Below are positions 40,501-53,226 of a DNA stretch of 64,000 bases, piece after piece. Each line of letters begins with the position of its first letter. Within the stretch, counting starts at the first letter, position 1. This DNA comes from Amphiscolops sp. MND2022 (lineage: Eukaryota). Both the position numbers and the translations under genes were made by a program. The notes under the pieces were generated by a model. That model did no database searches and was not told the DNA's origin. It saw only the letters and a list, made by a program, of their open reading frames with translations. The stretch is taken from the NCBI GenBank assembly GCA_964187785.1, contig OZ076412.1, positions 46,934,001 to 46,998,000 on the forward strand, given 5' to 3'.

Positions 40501-43500
40501 CGGGTCATTCGTCTGAAAGAACCGAACTTCTCCCAATCAATGTTCTTTTCTTCTGGCACGACTTCACAGACTTGCTCTATGTCTTCTGTTTTCTGCTGAA
40601 ACAACTGTGGTGAAGTTTGTGGCCAAGCATCTTCTTTCTCTCGAAGCCATGCCGGCCCTGAGAACCACTCGCTCTTTTCTAATTCATGGACGGATTTTCC
40701 TCTTGTTCCGATGTCGGCAGGGTTTAAGGTTCCTTCGACATGTCGCCACTGATCAATGGTTGAACTGTCAAGGATTTCGGCGACCCTGTTCGCCACAAAC
40801 ACCGGTTGTTTCTTATCAGCTCCATGCAACCATTGCAAAACAGTTGTCGAGTCCGTCCAAAAGAAAGTTCGTTCAATTTGAATGTCGTGTTTGTCTACGA
40901 TCAGTTGTTTTAATCGGGTTCCATACATAGCTGCTTGTAGCTCTAGTCGGGGAATTGATTGTTGCTTCATTGGCGCTACTCGGCATTTCCCTACCACATA
41001 GGCAAGCTCTCCAGTTTGTTGATCTCGAAAGTAGGCAACTATGCACATGGCGTCCAGGGATGCATCGGCGAAAATATGCAAGTCCACTACTTCAGCATTT
41101 TTCGACATATACTTCCTTTTGATAGCCATTTCATTCATGTGACTCAACTCCGATGCCCAATCCTTGAATTCTACCTCGTCCTCTGGAGATAACTCGTCGT
41201 CCCACGATTGCCCAGGTTTCTTCCAAATTCCTTTGAGCAGCAATCGCATTCTCACTGTGAAGGGGGAAAACAGTCCCAACGGGTCAAACACAGAGTATAC
41301 GTGAGATAGAACAATTCTCTGAGTGATCTTGGCAGGCACCTCCTTTCCCGTACCGCGGCAAATCTCAAGACTGTCTGACTACACATTCCATTGAAGTCCT
41401 AAGATTGAGGGTGCCAAGGGTTCAGCTTCGAATGTTTTGCTTAGCGCGACTGATCTATCTTCCGGGGATATTTCTTCCATCACTTTCTCGGAGTTGCAAA
41501 TCCATTTGGTTAGTTGGAATCCACGATCCGCTAAGGATTTTCGGAAGCACTTGTACACTTCCTCAGCTTCTTCCCTGAAGCTACTGACTTCACAAAATCG
41601 TCCATATAGAAGTTTCTGTTGATCAACTTTTCAACCATCCCATTGTCATCTCTGCTGTCTCGTCTGACTTGTTGCAAAGCGTAGTTGACACATGTTGGCG
41701 AGCTCTTAGCTGCGAAAATGTGTCTTCCATATTCATACACAGAGATAGGGTCAGTGTGGTTTTCTCTCCACAAAAATCTGAGCACTTTGCAATTAGCAGG
41801 GGGTACTTTCACTTGGAGAAACATCGCTTCGACATCTGCTGACAAGGCAATTTGTTTCTCCCTGAATCTGAAGATAATTCCTATCAGCGATTGTAGGAGG
41901 TCTGGACCGGCCATCAAGTTATCATTCAGCGAAACACCTCCGAACTTTGAGGCAGCGTTGCACACTCGTCTCACTTTGTCCGGCTCGTTCGGGTTCAGCA
42001 CTGGAAGATGCGGAACGTACCACTGAAGGTCTGTTTTGTGTTTTCAAGTTGTTCTTCATCCAGAATTGTCACAAACCCCTTTTGTACGTCCACATCAATT
42101 GTCTCTTTGTAGCGTTGTTTCAAGTTCTCATCCTTTTCCAGTCGGCGCTCGAGAGACTTCAATTGAGTTACTGCCGAACTGTAATTGTTTGGCAAATGCG
42201 GCTTTGCATGTTTCCAAAGTAGCCCAACCTCGTATCTCTCTCCATTGAAATTTGTGGTTGCCTTGAGCATTTCGAGGGCTCGCTCGTCTTCCTTGGACCT
42301 TCCGGATACGCTGCAGTTTGAAGCTTACGATTCCATGCTCCACCAAGACTTCACTTGACACGCTAACGGGTCCACTTCTGCTGCAACTAGACTTTCAGTT
42401 GCGAGCTTTGCTGTCTCTTGTTGGATAATGGTCCACTGAGCATCCATCCCAGCTTCGTTCGCACTGCCCAAGGCTTGGCGTTTCCACACTTTCTGTATTC
42501 GATTGCCCTATGCAAGTGGTAGCAATGTTGGCCTAAGATAACTTTGACATCTTTCAGGTTGATGGTTGAGTCTTTCAAAACTGACAGGTGAGGATATGTT
42601 TCTTTCAATTTCTTGAGGTCGTACGTTCGATTTCCTGCATTTACGTGGGGATGACTATAGGCCATGATATCTTCATTGACCTTTCCGTCTTGATCTCCAA
42701 TCTTGACTCGAAGTCGTTTACTTTTAATATCTGACGTACCATGAATCCCTGCAACATTCAAATCCACTGGCTGTCCCGTCAGATTTAGCGCTTTTATCAG
42801 GCTCTCGTCCACAAAGGACAGGCTTGCTCCAGAGTCACACAAAGCGAACGTTTTCACATTTTTGCTCCCACTCCCTACCGTTACTGGAATGACGGGAAGC
42901 ACTCCACTGCTTCTCATAGAGGACAGATTTGAAACCTCCTCAACATTTTCAACATTTTTCTTTTGTTCCACGTTCTTGTATGGTCTGTGCAGCAATCGGT
43001 GATGAGGTTTTCCGCAACCATTGACGTCACAGAGTCTACCAGAGCAATTTCGCATCTGATGTGCGTCTGACAAGCATTTGAAGCACAGCTTCAGTTCTTT
43101 CGCCTTTTGTCCTCATTCTTCGACGTTCATCTTCTTGAACTTCCCATATTTCCATATGGGATGTTTGCCATCTTTCAGCGCACACTCTCGCTGGTATTTC
43201 GAGTTGTCACTGGCTGTGTTTGTTGTTGATGTGGCAAACGTGGAGCCTTTGGCCTTTTTCTTGTAGTTCGACTTCGCGCGATCAGCATTCGGGTTTGAAG
43301 ACAAAAGCAATTCATCTTGAACATCTGCTATATCATTGAGCCATTCACTGAACACAGCGAGCCCAAGTTGATACAGATTCATTTGCTTGACATAAGTGAG
43401 CCACTTTGTTTTCATGTCCAGTGTTAACTTCCTTGTGGCGCTGCCCAGAACTCCTTCTGAGTTTAGGTCTCCCACGTAGTTGAATTGTATCAAAATAATC

Positions 43501-45403
43501 ACGCAACTCGACACTATTCTCGCAAACTTGATCAATGCTGCTCCGTCATACGGCTTCATCGGTGGAAAGGAGTATATTCGCTTCAGCTGAGCATTCACAA
43601 CCATTTCAGGTTTTCCAAAGTTTCGAACTAGAACGTTTCACGCCACATTGTACATTTCAGCGGTGTACCCAAGGCCAGCAATCGCCTCTTTGGCTTTGCC
43701 CGTGACCGTTGTTTTCAGGTGATTCATCTTTACACTTTCGTCCATGTTTGCTGCGTGGACGGTTGCTTGAAACAGTTGTGACCACTCTGGCCACTCTAAT
43801 GGGTCACCTGAAAACTCTGCCAGCTTCAGTTTTGGCAAGCTGGATCTGATGAAATAGTCATCTCTCGCATATGACACTATGTTATGCCCTTGAAACGGCT
43901 TCTGCGTGTTTTCAAGCTGTGGCACTTGAAATGCACCACTCGGGATGCCTCCTGACGTAGGCGGTAACCCGTTCTGGTCTGCCATAAGGGTCATAGACGG
44001 CTTCGTCGAGGCGAACTCCACTTCTGGTTGTGCTGTTGCTTTTTGCCTGCCAACTCCTATGGCAGTCTTTGTTCTGTCCACTCCAAGACCTCGCACAGCG
44101 GCTTCTGTGGATATGACCGTTTTCAATGAGGACTTCAGGTCCCTCACTTGCCCGGAGCATTGTCCTCCATGAGTTGATCGTACTGTAATCACTGGTGCTG
44201 AGGCGGACGTTTGCTGGTATACAGATGGCCCGTTAATCGGCGATGCCACGTTTTCCGCTTCTTCGGTCTTGTCCATCTAATCTGAGACTTTCGTCAGATT
44301 GTTGTTGGGGTCCCGACTGGTGAGATACTCCGGAAACTAGACCCACAACTACTCGGAACTTTCGCCATCTCTATTTCCTTTTCAGCAATTCTGGCCCTGC
44401 AGGCCTCCTCTTCTTGCAAGTCTGCTCTCTCCTTTTCTTTTGCCTCTCGTTCCAGTTGTTTTGCTTCTCGTTCCAGTTTCTCCAAGCGCTTTTGAAGTTC
44501 TTCGTGCCCTTTCAGAGCTTTCAGTTCTAAATGCATAACTCGTCTTGCACTTGAGGTTTTTGAAATCACTGAGGTTTTGTTGCTCTTGGCTCTTTCACTT
44601 CGCGAATGTATGCTCAATTCTTCTATTGGCAATGATCTAGCTCCATCTCTTGGCTCTTGGCTGTCATCCGCGTTGTGACCATCGTGTTCCTTTTCCTCAT
44701 CATCTGGTTGCGGCTCCTTTTGTGGTGAAGTGCCATTTTTACTTGATTTGTCTGCAGCTACGCTTGCGCGAACGTCTGCTAGTCTTTGTTCGGCGTCTAC
44801 AAGGCTTCGCAAAATGGCTCCAGGTTCTCCTGACTTCAGGAGAGCTTCAATTTTCAGTTTGAGGTCAGACCTCTCTTGAAGCAATTCTTGACATGCCGCT
44901 GCATAGTCTGCTTCGGCGTCCTCGCCGTTTTCCATTCGTTCATCGCGCAACTTTTCGTTGTGGGCGATCTTTTCATCAATAGCACGTTTCTTCTCTTCTA
45001 GATCCAAATAGTTTAGTATCTTATTTTCAACTTGCAATGCTGACATCAGTAATATCACCCTTCCAGTGTTAGAGTCTTGTCGCTGCAACTCAACAAATTG
45101 ACTCTTCATCGCTTGGATCACTGTTGAGAACATTTCGGGTATCTGGGGTTGGTACTTGATTTTGATTGCATTTTGGATTGCCTTAAAGAGTCGTTCTCGC
45201 CTGTTTATGACATCTATTCGTCGTAACAGTAGCTCTGCTATCTGTTTGTTGTCATCATTCCTAGCTAGGTTTTCATCAATTGCTCTGATCGTCTTGCCGT
45301 GCTCGACAGCTGCATTCCAATGACTCAAAATTTGGGCCTTGTCTGTAGAGTTCTTCAGAAAGTTTTCAACTTTGTTGATATCAAACCGTTTTGGTTGAGC
45401 CAT
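37456..45403 (-). pseudogene. Element C gag-pol polyprotein (long coiled-coil gag, PR, RT, Pao RH, IN), frameshifted, with an internal duplication
   Basis: Gag LPKLKLAEFSGDPLEWPEW; PR ALCDSGASLSF; RT FYMDDFVKS; RH FADASLDA and WTDSTTVL; IN GVDYFGP, SDNG, ERMVRSCK. Confidence 0.95.
38086..41227 (-). repeat. Tandem duplication (about 1.56-1.58 kb) of the RNase H to partial integrase region in element C
   Basis: Units 38086-39644 and 39645-41221. TCCAAA is present at all three junction points. The 18-nt length difference is explained by 15-nt and 3-nt deletions. Confidence 0.93.
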
Positions 45404-45441
45404 TTTTCTCTTCTTGGTTGAACTCAGTTCCCAAAGTCACA

Positions 45442-45681
45442 ATAGCCCAAGCTCCCAGAGACACTATAGCCCAATCTCTCAGAGACACAGTAGCCCAATC
45501 TCCCAGAGACACAATAGCCCAATCTCCCAGAGACACAATAGCCCAATCTCCCAGAGACACAATAGCCCAATCTCCCAGAGACACAATAGCCCAATCTCCC
45601 AGAGACACAGTAGCCCAATCTCCCAGAGACACAATAGCCCAATCTCCCAGAGACACAGTAGCCCAATCTCCCAGAGACACA
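45442..45681. repeat. 24-bp x 10 tandem array (ATAGCCCAATCTCCCAGAGACACA) in the element C 5' leader
   Basis: Counted directly; lies between the PBS and the gag ATG. Confidence 0.95.
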
Positions 45682-45790
45682 AAATCAGCAACTTCAAGAT
45701 CCAGACACTTGTTCTTCTTGGGCAATCTTCTCAGTTGTCCACCAACGAGTCGTCTTCGTCTTCTAGTCCGGGTCGTCCACCAACGAGTTG

Positions 45791-45807
45791 TCCGGGTCGG
45801 CGGACCA
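45791..45807 (-). promoter_or_regulatory. PBS of element C (TGGTCCGCCGACCCGGA, tRNA-Tyr-like)
   Basis: Starts 2 nt after the 5' LTR; resembles the tRNA-Tyr PBS TGGTCCTTCGAGCCGGA. Confidence 0.6.
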
Positions 45808-45809
45808 AA

Positions 45810-46766
45810 TGTAACGGCTGCTTGCCCTTATCCTGCGCTGAGGCTTGAAAGCTTTACGCCGCCCTGATCCGTTGCTTAGTGCTGTGGACTGTCACTAAAC
45901 AAATCCTGGTTTTCTTGTTTAAAGGACTGTATCTTTTGGCTTGATGGGTCCGATGTGACCCGCGGAATCTCCTGCGATTCCGCTTTGTACTGAATTGGAT
46001 CCGAAGTGATCCGTAACACACTTCCCTCCCTGTATCTTCACGCGCTCCGGCTCTCCAACTATGAGAGTAGCTACTTAGTCGCTCTGACTCTAGCGAAAAG
46101 TTGTGAAGATTGAGAAGTTGATTAATTAGTCTCGCGGTCCTGAGACCCAACTTGACTATAGCTATTCAGTGGAGAAAATCTCTACCTAATAATGGTATAA
46201 ATGTGGTTTACAATTCTACAGTAAATATAAGCAAATATTAGTTGAAATATGTTGTATAATTAAATGACATTTAAAGCAAAAAATGAAGTTATTGGCTAAG
46301 TAAACAACTATGTGGTGGTTTTGGCATGTTGGTTAGGTGGGCTAGAAAGTATGTTCACACAATGTAAATATGATAAATGTCAACGGAGTTACATTTCCTT
46401 CAAGGTCAAATAAGTAAATAACATAATAATTAATACATCAAATTTGGGTAATTCATGGGGTCCGACCTAGGTCACTTTGGGTGTTAATAGCTCGGAACCC
46501 AGGAGAGATACGGGGTTGGTTGTTCTTAGTGAAACGTTAGGATAGCACCACCACTATATGTGTGCCGAGTTTCAAGGTGATTGATGAAATGGTTCATCGG
46601 GACGGTGGGGGGGGGTTTGGCCCAATTTGTCTCAGGCTCATTTCTGCTGAAACTCGTAATTTTATAACTAAATTTTTGATAGAGTTTTCTAAGTGTTTTG
46701 AGTTATAAGTTTCATCAGTCACGTTCAAATTTGAGTTTCTGATCTCGCAATTGACTGGCACCAATA
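45810..46766 (-). repeat. 5' LTR of element C (957 bp)
   Basis: Direct repeat of 36558-37507; the outer terminal dinucleotide is mutated. Confidence 0.95.
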
Positions 46767-47380
46767 GTAATAGCATCAGGAGGTCTGTTTTGAATGTAGT
46801 TGTTTACATTATTCTGACCTGCCGTTTGAACTTCTGCGACGTTGTCTCCTAGGTTGGTAAAATTACTGTTTTCAGCACTAAATCCCTGCGGGTAGTTGGG
46901 TTGTGGCCTTCCTGGTAGCCCTCTGCCCCTGACTCTTCCCCTCGGGGTGAGAAGGATTGCTGCTGATGGTCTGCCATATCTATTTAGTGGGGGTTGTTGG
47001 GTCGTTTACTGGTCATCTGGAGACTCGGGTGATTCTTCAAATTCCGAACTCACGAAAGAAGAGGGTGTCATTGAGTGATTGCTCTGGTGTTCGTCAATTA
47101 AATCAAGTAGTTGTCTCTATTTTGGGACCCTGCAGTATCTATCACTTCTGTATCTGCTTGTTGAAATGTTGATTGGGGAAAAGGGTAGTGGCTGCTGCCC
47201 CTACAAAGGCAAACATTGCGCTTGATCCTGGAGCTCCCGCACGGAATCTTTTTTCAATCGCAACTACATCCCCTGCTTCAACAGTGAACTCTTCGCCACT
47301 TTCGCTGGAGATATCTATTATAGAGGGAGATGATCCAAGGTGTCCATCAGATCGTCCAGTCTGAATTGTAGTCTATCCAT
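46767..47380 (-). pseudogene. Element B ORF3, N-terminal half (degraded)
   Basis: IIDISSESGEEFTVE...IEKRFR...AFVGAAATTLF aligns with element A LINISSSSEEGFTVE...LEDRFR...AFMGSAEASLF. It joins the 36557 half in frame across the TSD (...PDAIT|NSHLANP...). Confidence 0.75.
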
Positions 47381-48180
47381 TCTCACTTTAGTGTCGAGTT
47401 CGTGATGAGAGTAAGATTATGTTTTGAATGACTAGTTCTGCTGTGGATTATTCAGCGAAGTTTTATCTGAGCGACTGGTTATGATTTAGTTGTAGACCAT
47501 ATGGTTGTTAGTTCGAGATTTCCTGGTGAATAATAAGGAAACCCCGCGAAAAAATGAGTGTCATGTCAACAATAATCCATGATCCCCTTATAAGGGTTTC
47601 CTTTGCCATGAAGCAATTGGTTCGATCATCATCCAGGTGTAAACAAGCCCTTTTAAGGTGATTCTTCAGGGTTTACCCGCTATCGACCCCTTCTATGTTC
47701 TCTTCACAGCGTTTCATTGTCATGTTAAATGATAAGTAAACAAATCTAATATAACTTCAAAAGAAATCCAACTAACGACTCAGAACTTTATCAATGAAAA
47801 TGCTCAATCAATTCTACATTTAATCAATTTTCATGACTAGAACCAATGGAAATACAAAATGGTATAAAAAACATTTATTGAAGTTTCTTCGATTTCCTAT
47901 GTGTTGCTTTTCGGAGTTCTGTTTAGGTGTAGTCCCGCATTTAAAAAGGGTGTTAGAGCAGAAAAACATGAAACATATATTTAGGACATATGTGTTCTTT
48001 CTAAATGAAATGGTGACGTCGAAGTTTCATCAGAATCAGTTCAGTTTTATTCATTTCATAGTGACGTCATCTTTGTGTATTTACGCATAATAATATGCTG
48101 TAATACGTTGCTCGTTCATTTAATATCATCTGTCAGTGCTGCATTCATTTTCAGCCTCATATATAGCGAGAAACGCAGGT

Positions 48181-48290
48181 TGCCGCATGCTCGAGTCCAC
48201 TCGATGCGTATGTTGACGAGTATGCGTCTTCACTTGATCCGCATGTTGACGAGTATGCGTTTTCACTCGATCCGCATGTTGCCGCAACTC
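48181..48290. repeat. About 33-bp array (GATCCGCATGTTGACGAGTATGCGTTTTCACTC) in the region between ORF3 and the cargo gene
   Basis: About three units seen, each with a CGCAT-N9-ATGCG inverted core. Confidence 0.8.
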
Positions 48291-48478
48291 AGTCTTTGCT
48301 CGATATGCATATTATCGTATACTTGTCTTTGTGCTGCATGTAGTTCATTGTGTATTTGCTTTCCGAATCTCTTTTGCTTCCACTGTGTAATTAACGTCAT
48401 TTGCGCACGTGTCATGCATATTGTCTCGCATCAATCAATCATACCAAGCACTCTGGCAGCATTGAATGGCATTTAATT

Positions 48479-48488
48479 GACCAATCAG
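48479..48488 (+). promoter_or_regulatory. CCAAT box GACCAATCAG upstream of the element B cargo gene
   Basis: Identical 10-mer at an equivalent position and orientation in element A. Confidence 0.5.
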
Positions 48489-48815
48489 CGATCAGTACAA
48501 ACTTCACCAATTTCTAAAACTGGATTTCACTTTGCTCTTTTGCCTTTAATCGTTACGCCACGCCTTTTGTTTGATTTAAAATTGTTGAAAATCTGTTAAT
48601 TGTTAATTCTAAAAGTCACTGTATATTAGTGTCAGTTTCCACTTTTTAGTGTTTTTGTTTTCTCCTTGATTCGATTCCTCTCAGCAGACTGAAGTGTACT
48701 TCTTGTTTCATCACCACCATTAGAAATTGTTTTCCTTCCATTCATATTATCAATGTTCTCCTCTTCTATTGATTATCAACCAGGTTATTCATCTTTGCAA
48801 TTGGATTCTTTTATC

Positions 48816-51800
48816 ATGGATTCTCCTAGCCGCAGGAAGACAAGGAAAGATCAGCTATCTCGTCGGGAGACTGCTACTCCTGGTTAGTTCAACTCAATTT
48901 GTTTCAGATTTTCAATTTTGAAATAAGGTTTGGTGAATTTTCAATGATAATTAGTTTGCCAGACTAATATCAGGGTTGATCAGATTTAAATCTTGATCAG
49001 ATTTGAGAGATTTTTTGAACGTTTCCGTTCTTGGTTTAGAGCGACTTCCGTTTTCATTTCCTGTTTTCGTATCCAAAAACTAGTAATTGTCAAACGGTTT
49101 CCGCCCATTTGATCCATTTTTTGAAACGGATAGTTTGTTTTAGTTGAACTTGGATCGACCCAAACGTCTCCTGGTCGTTCACCAACGAAGATATATCATA
49201 CTCTCCAAGTTGTTCCCCCTGGCGAACAGCAACAAGCCGACTGTCCAGAGTCACCAGATTTTGCTCGGTTACAAATTGATGAGGCCAAGAAATCTTCTGC
49301 CATTGAAGTACATGAAATTACTGTACAAGGATCAGAAGTCACCTTGCCAACTGTGTATGAACCCACTTTCTCCGCCACTTCTTTGGTTCGTCAGATCAAA
49401 ACTTCTAAAGTGACTGACATGGATCTTACTCCTAGTCTCTTTAATCAAGACATTGTTTCAGAGGAAAATGTCCCCTCTTCTTCTCAGATCCCTTCACCTC
49501 AATTCTCTCAGTTCCTTTCGAGGGATACCGAGCTCAATCCCCCATCACCACGAGTTATAACCTTAGATGCCCCCGAGCAGGGACAAATGGGTAACACTAC
49601 CAACGATGATGTAGAGAATCCCCCCGCTAATCTCTATGCCACAGCTGAACCAAGTGGACTCAGTGTCACGCGGCAAGAAGTTATGTTGTTATCCAACATG
49701 CTTGGAAGGATTCCTCGCAGTTTCTTGGCCGGCGGAGGTGAACAAGGAGAGTCTCTCCCTTTGAATGTCGTCGAGAGTCCTTCTGCCTTTGGCACAGCGT
49801 TACCTTTAACATCCAGTCAGGAGAAAGGTAACACACAATCCTCGCCCGGAGCTTTTATGCAGGATCCTCAGAATCCCGAGCACTCATCTTTACGGAAAGG
49901 GCAACGACCGAAGTACTGCCTAAAGACTCATATGTTCCACAAACATCCGTTTTCAAAATTCTCAGCTACTGGACCAATTGATCCTGAGAAAACACCATAC
50001 AAGTGGTGGTGTCGAGTTTGCCGCTCTGAATTGTCTCTGATGAGTAGGGGAACGCTTGAATTGATGGCACATTACCGATGCGATAGTCACCTCATCAAGG
50101 AACACCGTATGAGGATGGAAATCCCTGGGATGGCCCTATTTGATAAAAACGAGCGTGAACTGCAAGGAATGGCCTTGATTGAAGCCAAAAGGATTGCTAA
50201 GAACACTCATCCGATTGCTCCAGAATTAGATGGCTTACGGCCTTTGGTGGGGCAGCACTCGGTCCCGGATTTTGCGTCATCAACTAGTCCAACTGAAGGA
50301 GTTTTGTCGTTGATCTGTATCCTCGAGTATGGTCTGAAGAATGGTGGACATCTGTACAGTTTGACGGGGATTTTTGACGGAATCTCTCGTTTATACAGGA
50401 ATAACCAGCTGCCAGTTCAGAACTGGGATCACCATCGTCTTTATGTAAGTATTGTTTTTAGGTTTTCAATTTGCAAGTTTCATTTGTTGGGGTGATTATT
50501 CTGGTTCAAACTGGATAAAGATAGTTAACCAAGTTTTAACAACTTTGCTTTTGAGGTTATCTCACGTTATTCGATGTTCCTATGTGTTCACAGGGAGTCC
50601 TGATACACATGTTCCGCGAGCTCATTGATTATTGTGTGACGGCTTGTGCTACTTCTGGGATCTACTCGCTATCTCTCGAGAGGACACCTACAAATGACCT
50701 TGTTATTATTTCATTCTGGAATGGCAACGTCTTCACAGAGTCTGTCTTGGTACAGGGCCCCGCGGCCTACTAATCCCGAAGAAGGTCCTTGGTTTAGTGT
50801 TTTCATTCATTACCCTTTTCGAGAGTCCTCCAAACTGTGTTTGTCTCGTTGGAATGGGTGATAAGCTCAATCAATGCTTCTCTTCAGCCCTTCCTGGAAC
50901 TAAACGCCCTAACCTAGCCCACTCTTTTGGACTAGCTGATTTTGAGAAATGTCTTTCTGCCCCCACTGTAAACATCATCGAGCGTCATGATTACCGGTCT
51001 ATATAGGAATTCCTCCTCATGAAGCTAAGGACAGCGCTTGATCGAGACTGGTTACAGTCCCTCCCTCTTCTTCACAAGGTTTTTTTCTTTTTATCTTCTA
51101 TTTCATTTCCAGTTACATTTATCGTTAATCATCGTTCTTGCTTTGTCTTTTAGTGTGTTCTAAGCCTTCAGTATTCTCTCTGCGAAGCATCAGGACTCAT
51201 TGAGTGTCTCTCCTCCAATTGGGACCGGGTACGCGACCACTTAGCAAAAGTTTCAAGGCTACCAATGTACCGATTTCACATGAGAGAGGTTAATTCGAAA
51301 ATCACATTTAATAATTTACCCTTTGACTGCGTTATTTTCATTGTTTTGAGTGTTGTTTTAGCCAAACCCCCCCGTAAAGTGTTTCAGGCTAGACACCGCT
51401 TACCTGGCCAGATTGTTTATCATCCGATGTGCCATTGACCACTGTTAGTGTACTCCTTTGTTGCTCAACTTTCTTTTCAGTGCCTTTACACCACGTTCGT
51501 TATTTTCTCAGGTCGCACGAAAAATTGCATTATGTTTTCACTAATTCGGGTCATAAATAATCGCTTTTTAACAGCATCAGATCTAAATCTTCATTTTCTT
51601 CCGTTCGGATCTTGGAGAATGGTATTTGATTGTTTTCGTTCGTCATCTTCTTCAATTTAGCTATTTATCGTCGCTACTTCATTTATACAGAAATCTCTCC
51701 TTTTCCGCATAGTGACGTATGATCTGATCGTCTCGATCCGCATAATGACGTATATACGGATTTCCTTGATCCGCATAATACCGTATGTGCGGTTTACCTC

Positions 51801-53046
51801 AAACCGCATAATAACGTATATGCGTATTATCTCAAACCGCATCTCAGCGTATAATTTCTCCTTGTTAGCAATAATCTGATGTTTGTCTATTACGTCATCG
51901 TTATTCAGAGTTGCAATAGCGTTGTGTTCAGATAATTCAGTCTTTTCTGCCATTGAGACACAAGCTGTATATGGATTCAGACTGTTCAATCAGTATTATG
52001 TGTTTCTATGTAGTCAGTTGCAAAATATCCTTCCTGATAGTTCTCTTGGGGCTATAACAGATTAGGATAGATACTTGTCACTTGATTTCACAGATTCTGC
52101 TTTGCCATTTAAGTCGCCTGACGAAGTTATTCTGAATGAAGATTTCCACAAATTGGTGTTAGCTAGCAAATTGCCACGTCCCAGCAAGTTTGTGGAACAA
52201 TCCATTTCTTTCTGCAAGGCTTTTTGCAAGGATTTGTTGGATCATGAGTTGGTTCAATCTAATTTGACACGTCGTATGGCTGCATTTGATTTAGCAATGA
52301 TGGTGGAGGGTCCGGAGACCAATTACGTCAGTGCCATTGAAAAGTTAAGCACTCATTTTGTGTCGACTGGATGGTTGTCCCCTAGTGAGAAAGTCAAAGT
52401 GGTGAGCCAGTACAGGGCTTTTGTCACTCTGTTGCGAGCCAACCCTTTGCCCGAGATCAACGATTTGGTTCAATTTCTTGCTGCACACTACGAGATGCAG
52501 AACAGGCCTGAGTTATATCAATTATTTCGATATTCTTGTCTCTATTTGCCAAGCAATGTTACCTTGCCCATTTCGTATGAAGTACCTATTATCCAGTTGG
52601 AGTTTGGCATTGAAGTGTTGCGTTCTTGTATTACAAGTTTACAATTATCCTACCAGACTGTACCAAATGTTTCTAGTTTGTACCGGGATTCTCGTACATT
52701 CAATCGCTTGTTTCGACTCTTGGGGAGGGGGTCCGAATTGCTCACAGACAGGAAGTTCTCAGTGTGGAATTTCCTCAAAAGTAGTGGGCCCAAACGAAAC
52801 AATCTTCAGGGGAAATTTGAAGCAGCTTACCGAAAGGCAGTGCTCAAAGTGGACAATCCGGTGGTAGCTTCTGGCACTACGACCCCAAGTATCAGCCGTT
52901 CCAATAGTGGTAGCAGGTCCCCAATTTCTGGTCCTGCTTTGAGACAGGCTACAATTTCTGTGTCCCGGTGTGTTGGTAACATCGAAGAAAGAGGAAGTGC
53001 TTCCAGAGGGGCGAAAGGTAAAACTGCCCGAGGGAAACGAAGTTAA
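48816..53046 (+). pseudogene. Element B antisense cargo gene, six exons (48816-48882, 49144-50444, 50594-51078, 51154-51288, 51362-51443, 51932-53046), about 1,061 codons; 1-nt deletion near 50760, stops at 51004-51006 and 52063-52065
   Basis: GT-AG introns with phases 1,0,0,0,1, as in element A. Exons 4 and 5 have identical lengths in both elements (135 and 82 nt). Confidence 0.85.
51700..51845. repeat. About 33-bp array (GATCCGCATAATGACGTATATACGGATTTCCTT) inside the last cargo intron
   Basis: 4-5 units, each starting with CCGCAT. Confidence 0.85.
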
Positions 53047-53226
53047 TTTAGTTGTCTTTGTTCTGCTACAAACTATTTATATATTATAGCTGTTTGTTGT
53101 TTTGTTGATTGATTAGACCAATGGCATTTCTATTATTTATCTGATGTCAAATTGGCAAAGTTCGCACATTATTAAAGTACACTCAACGTGCAAGAGGAAA
53201 AGAAAAGAGATTGTTTGCTCTTGTTT

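Larger units (their letters stand above)
36558..46766 (-). mobile_element. Element C: full-length BEL/Pao LTR retrotransposon (10.2 kb) nested in element B ORF3
   Basis: LTRs at 36558-37507 and 45810-46766; TSD GTAAT (36553-36557, 46767-46771); PBS; purine tract GGGAGAAAAACAGGG next to the 3' LTR. Confidence 0.97.

Noticed and set aside
45381-45867. Multiple overlapping repeat-peptide ORFs (IAQSPRDT, SLGDWAIV, etc.)
   Set aside because: By-products of a 24-bp repeat. The same applies to ORFs over the 39-, 33- and 90-bp repeats.
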